Below, piece after piece: positions 60,401 to 64,000 of a stretch of DNA of 64,000 nt (its first letter is position 1; every line of letters starts with the position of its first letter). The stretch covers positions 14,322,001 to 14,386,000 of the forward strand of contig JBHGNT010000002.1 in NCBI GenBank assembly GCA_043228905.1, read 5' to 3'. Both the position numbers and the translations under genes were made by a program. The notes under the pieces were generated by a model. That model was not told the origin of the DNA. It made no database searches and saw only the letters and a program-made list of their open reading frames with translations. The DNA is from Azolla caroliniana (lineage: Eukaryota; Plantae; Polypodiophyta).

Positions 60401-63252
60401 GTTTTCTCTCTCTCACTCCCTCTGTCTCTCCCGAGTATACTGCGTAAGCTCAAGCTCTCCATTAAACCTGAGTTTTCTTCCTTCTGTTCGGTCTTCACAC
60501 TTGCTTCCGCACGCTACTTTTTACAACGACATTATTAAAGCAATATAAGGATGTCTTTGCATGGTCTTTTGAAGATATGAAGGGACTTGACCCAACTTTC
60601 TGTCAACATCAAATCAACCTGCATAAGGATGCAAAGCCAGTTCAACAACACAGGTACCAATTAAATCCTAATTATGCTATTAAAGTAAAGGAAGAAATAG
60701 ATAAACTTTTGAAAGTAGGGTTTATTCGTCCGGTGAAAAAATAGACACGGTTAAGCCCAATCGTAGTAGTTTCGAAAAAGAATGGCAAGATTCGGGTATG
60801 TGTCGACTACCGAAAACTGAATGCGGCTACCGTTACGGATGCGTTCCTATTACCATTTACGGATGGTATATTGGATGCGGTAGCTGGCCATGAAGTCTAT
60901 AGTTTCCTAGATGGTTTTAGTGGTTATAATTAGGTTCGGATGAATCCGGAGGATCAAGAAAAGACAGCTTTGGTTACAGAATGGGTAGTGTTTGTAGCAA
61001 TAGTAATGATGTTTGGCTTGAAGACAGCCCCGACGACATTCCAAAGAGTGATACAGGAAATATTTGGTGATTATATTCCTGCATTTATGCAAGTATTTTT
61101 GGATGATTTTGCGGTTTATAGTCAGAAAAATGAACATTTTGAGCATTTACGACTATGTTTGGAGAAATGTCGGATAGGACGACTTAGTTTAAATCCGGCA
61201 AAATGTGCATTCGGGGTCACTAGTGGCACATTATTAGGCCATATTGTCAATCAAGAAGGAATTGCAGTGGACCTCGACAAGGTTAAAGCCATACTGGAAG
61301 CACCGGCACCCACAAATGCTAAAGCTCTCAGTCGGTTTTTAGGTTAGATTAGATGGCACAACAGAATGATAAGATATCTTGCAGATATCGCCATTCCCTT
61401 ACATACAACAGTGCACAAAGTTCCTTTTCAGTGGATAAGTGTGGAACAGGATGCATATGACCGTCTCAAGAAAATGTTGTCCAAAGTTCCCGTGGTTCAA
61501 CCACCGGACTAGAATAAGCCGTTCCATGTTTTTATCGACGCATCAGACATCGCAATTGGAAGTGCATTAATGCAGTTGACCGAACTGAATTGGTACAGAC
61601 CAGTGTATTATGCTAGTCGGAAACTCTCAATAGCGGAAAGAAACTATTCTACAACTGAGAGGGAAGCTTTGGGAATGATCTATAGTGTCAATAAATTTCG
61701 ACACTATCTTTTGGGGAAAAAGTTTACATTTCATGTTGATCATTCGGCTCTTCTTTATTTGGTCTCGAAACAAGAGTTAATTGGTAAGTTAGCAAGATGG
61801 ACTCTTCTACTCCAAGAATTCGAATTCGACATTTTACATCGGTCAGGAGTACAACATGCAGTGGCCGATTATCTCAGTCGACTGGAGTCAGGAGATGAAG
61901 GCACATGTGTCAAGGATGATTTTCCGGATGCCCAGCTTTTTCGAGTGGAAGCAATAAATGCACAGGATATAAATGAAGAAAGTGAGGATGCTTGGATATC
62001 AGAGATGACAATCTTTCTTACAACAAGGATACCACCAAAACATCTATCGGTAGACGAAAGGAAAAGGTTGGCGGTACAGAGTCGTAATTTTTGTCTTTTG
62101 AACGACACTCTGTATCATAAAGGAGCAGATGGTATTTGGAGAAGAGTAGTATGACAATTCGAAAAATCGGTCATTCTTCGGGAATTGCAATGTGGAATTG
62201 CAGGAGGGCACTATGTTAGGGAAACCACAACCAGAAAAATATGGAACAATGGCTTCGGTGCCGACAGTGATTTATGCCAACGTATGGGACAACCGACAAA
62301 AAAGGATCGGATGCCGTTTCAACCTGTGTTACCTCTTGAACCTTTCCAGAAATGGGGTTTGGATTTTGTAGGCCCATTCAAACCGGCAACAGTAAGAATA
62401 AGCAATCGATATATTATAGTTGCCACTGACTACTGCACGAAGTGGGTAGAAGCTAAAGCTCTAAGGGATAATACAGCAGCTTCAACAACAAAAAATTTGT
62501 ACGAAAGTATATGGTGTAGATTCGGTTGCCCAATAGAATTAGTGAGTGATCAAGGTACACATTTCATTAACAAGCTTGTTCATGAATTGTCTACATACTA
62601 TGCAATGGTTCATAAGAAAAGCACGCCTTACTATCCACAAGCGAATGGCTTGGCGGAGTCGACAAACAAAACCCTCCAAACGATACTCAAAAAGATAGTA
62701 AATGAGAATCGTATGGACTGGGATCAAAAGTTACATAGTGCTTTATGGGCATATCGCATGTTGTACAAAACATCTATTAAATCAACACCTTTCCGAATGG
62801 CTTTCGGATTGGAGGCAGTTATGCCAATCGAATTCCAGATTCCGACACTCCGAATACAAGCAACCGAAAAATTAAATGAACTACAGTCAGAGCAAATTTG
62901 GAAGGAATCTTTATTGCTGTTAGAAGAAGACCGAATACAAGCTATGTCAGCTTTGGAGCACAAGCAGAGGCAAATGAAGGCATTTGTAAATCGACATCAA
63001 CGAAAAACCGAAACTCAATTCGGAATTGGGAAACCGGTACTTGTTTTTCAGACCAGGATGGGGGCTATGCCAGGTAAACTTCGGTATAGATGGACAAGAC
63101 CAATTTGGATCGTGAACAGTAAAAATGGTACGTATCAATTGGGAAACCTATCAGGTGAGATTTTGCCGAAATGGGTCAATGGTTTCTGGCTTAAGCCATA
63201 TCATGGAGACATGTCGGAAAATCCATTTAAGGCTGAATCGGAAGAAAAGTAA
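57454..63252 (+). pseudogene. Gypsy Y gag-pol with many C-to-T type premature stops
   Basis: Successive ORFs from 57454 to 63252; reading frame continues across the solo LTR (DKQRLTT|LLKQYKDVFAW). Confidence 0.88.
60084..60525 (+). mobile_element. Solo LTR of Copia family B
   Basis: TGTTGAG...TTACA, perfect 5-bp TSD ACGAC, similar to the LTRs at 26181 and 28869. Confidence 0.93.
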
Positions 63253-63497
63253 AAAAAAAACAAAAAACTAACTATACAAAATTTTCTTGCCAAATCATAA
63301 CTAACTATCAAGAAGAGAATCTTGGAATGATTTAAGAAGGCTATAAGTAAGAAGTAGTGGAGGCATGTTTTCTATTAGTCATTATTGCTATTTCTAGCTA
63401 TTACTCCACTAGTACACCTAGTCATTACCTACATTAATAGTACTTTTATTACCTAGGCATCATGCAAAAAATTAATTCCTTAAAACCTATTTCTGTA

Positions 63498-64000
63498 ATG
63501 TCTGTTTCACCATAGAAGCAGAAACGCATTCGAGCTCACAAGTTTTCTGATCTTCTTCGCCATAGCCCACAATGTTTTCCACCGTCACCACAGAGCGATG
63601 ATTTGTCAATGGACGACGACAATATGCCGATTATCGTATTTGATAACTTGCGCCGCTGGCTCGTTCGCAATAATTTACAAGGATTCTTGAAAGTCGCAAA
63701 AGCAGAGCCGCACCCGCACGCTGAAGCTCTGATGGCAAAAATCGATGTCTCGACGATCACTAATAAGAAGGTAAGAGCGGCATTGGAGATGCCAAGAGGA
63801 GGGTTCGACGTTGTCAACATGGTCACAGAAGATGGGTTGCGGTCCTATTTTGGTGAGTATTCGCCCTCCGCCAAAGCGTATCAGACACAAGGAGGTAGGG
63901 ATGTTTTTTTTCATGAAGTTGCAAAATTTTTATTGGAAGTAGGGTTTGTTAGTCCGAGATTCTACTGTATGCCCAAAAAGAGGGCCGGATTTATCATCAC
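63498..64000 (+). other. Extra sense ORF downstream of Gypsy Y pol (one TAG at codon 6, then open to the window end)
   Basis: Manual translation gives MSVSP*KQKRIRAHKF...LRRWLVRNNLQGFLK...YFGEYSPSAKAY...; absent from the ORF track because it has no stop inside the window. Confidence 0.6.

Larger units (their letters stand above)
57021..64000 (+). mobile_element. Degenerate non-chromovirus Ty3/Gypsy element Y (runs off the window)
   Basis: LTR-like TGTTACC start with TATA near 57198; gag, PR (VDGGSGVN), RT (FLDD), RH (DAS, NYSTTERE), IN (SDQGTHF, QANGLAE). Confidence 0.88.

Overview
Eukaryotic plant nuclear DNA, most likely a fern; this is inferred from the DYW:KP-like PPR editing factor and the microsatellite-rich introns. 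The window has three zones. (i) 1-29.3 kb is a deep nest of LTR retrotransposons: two copies of a Tnt1/Tork-like Copia family (A), one of them young and nearly intact; three degenerate copies of Copia family B; two convergent halves of Copia family C; and a full-length atypical Ty3/Gypsy (G) with a tRNA-Trp primer site and a 4-bp TSD. (ii) 30-52.7 kb is a gene island: an 8-exon GH3 beta-xylosidase, a PLS-E PPR, a CDCA7-like 4CXXC zinc-finger gene, an A1 aspartic protease and a PPR-DYW. (iii) 52.8-64 kb holds a Mutator element whose right TIR is interrupted by nested LTR elements, including a Gypsy with a Q/N-rich Gag, a family B solo LTR and an extra 3' ORF. The most striking observation is that both diverged family A Copia copies carry the same in-frame amber codon (KGF-TAG-QKKG) at the start of RT. 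In the young copy it is the only break in the reading frame, which makes it a candidate programmed stop-codon readthrough site. Coordinates were read by eye, and the boundaries of degenerate elements are approximate.
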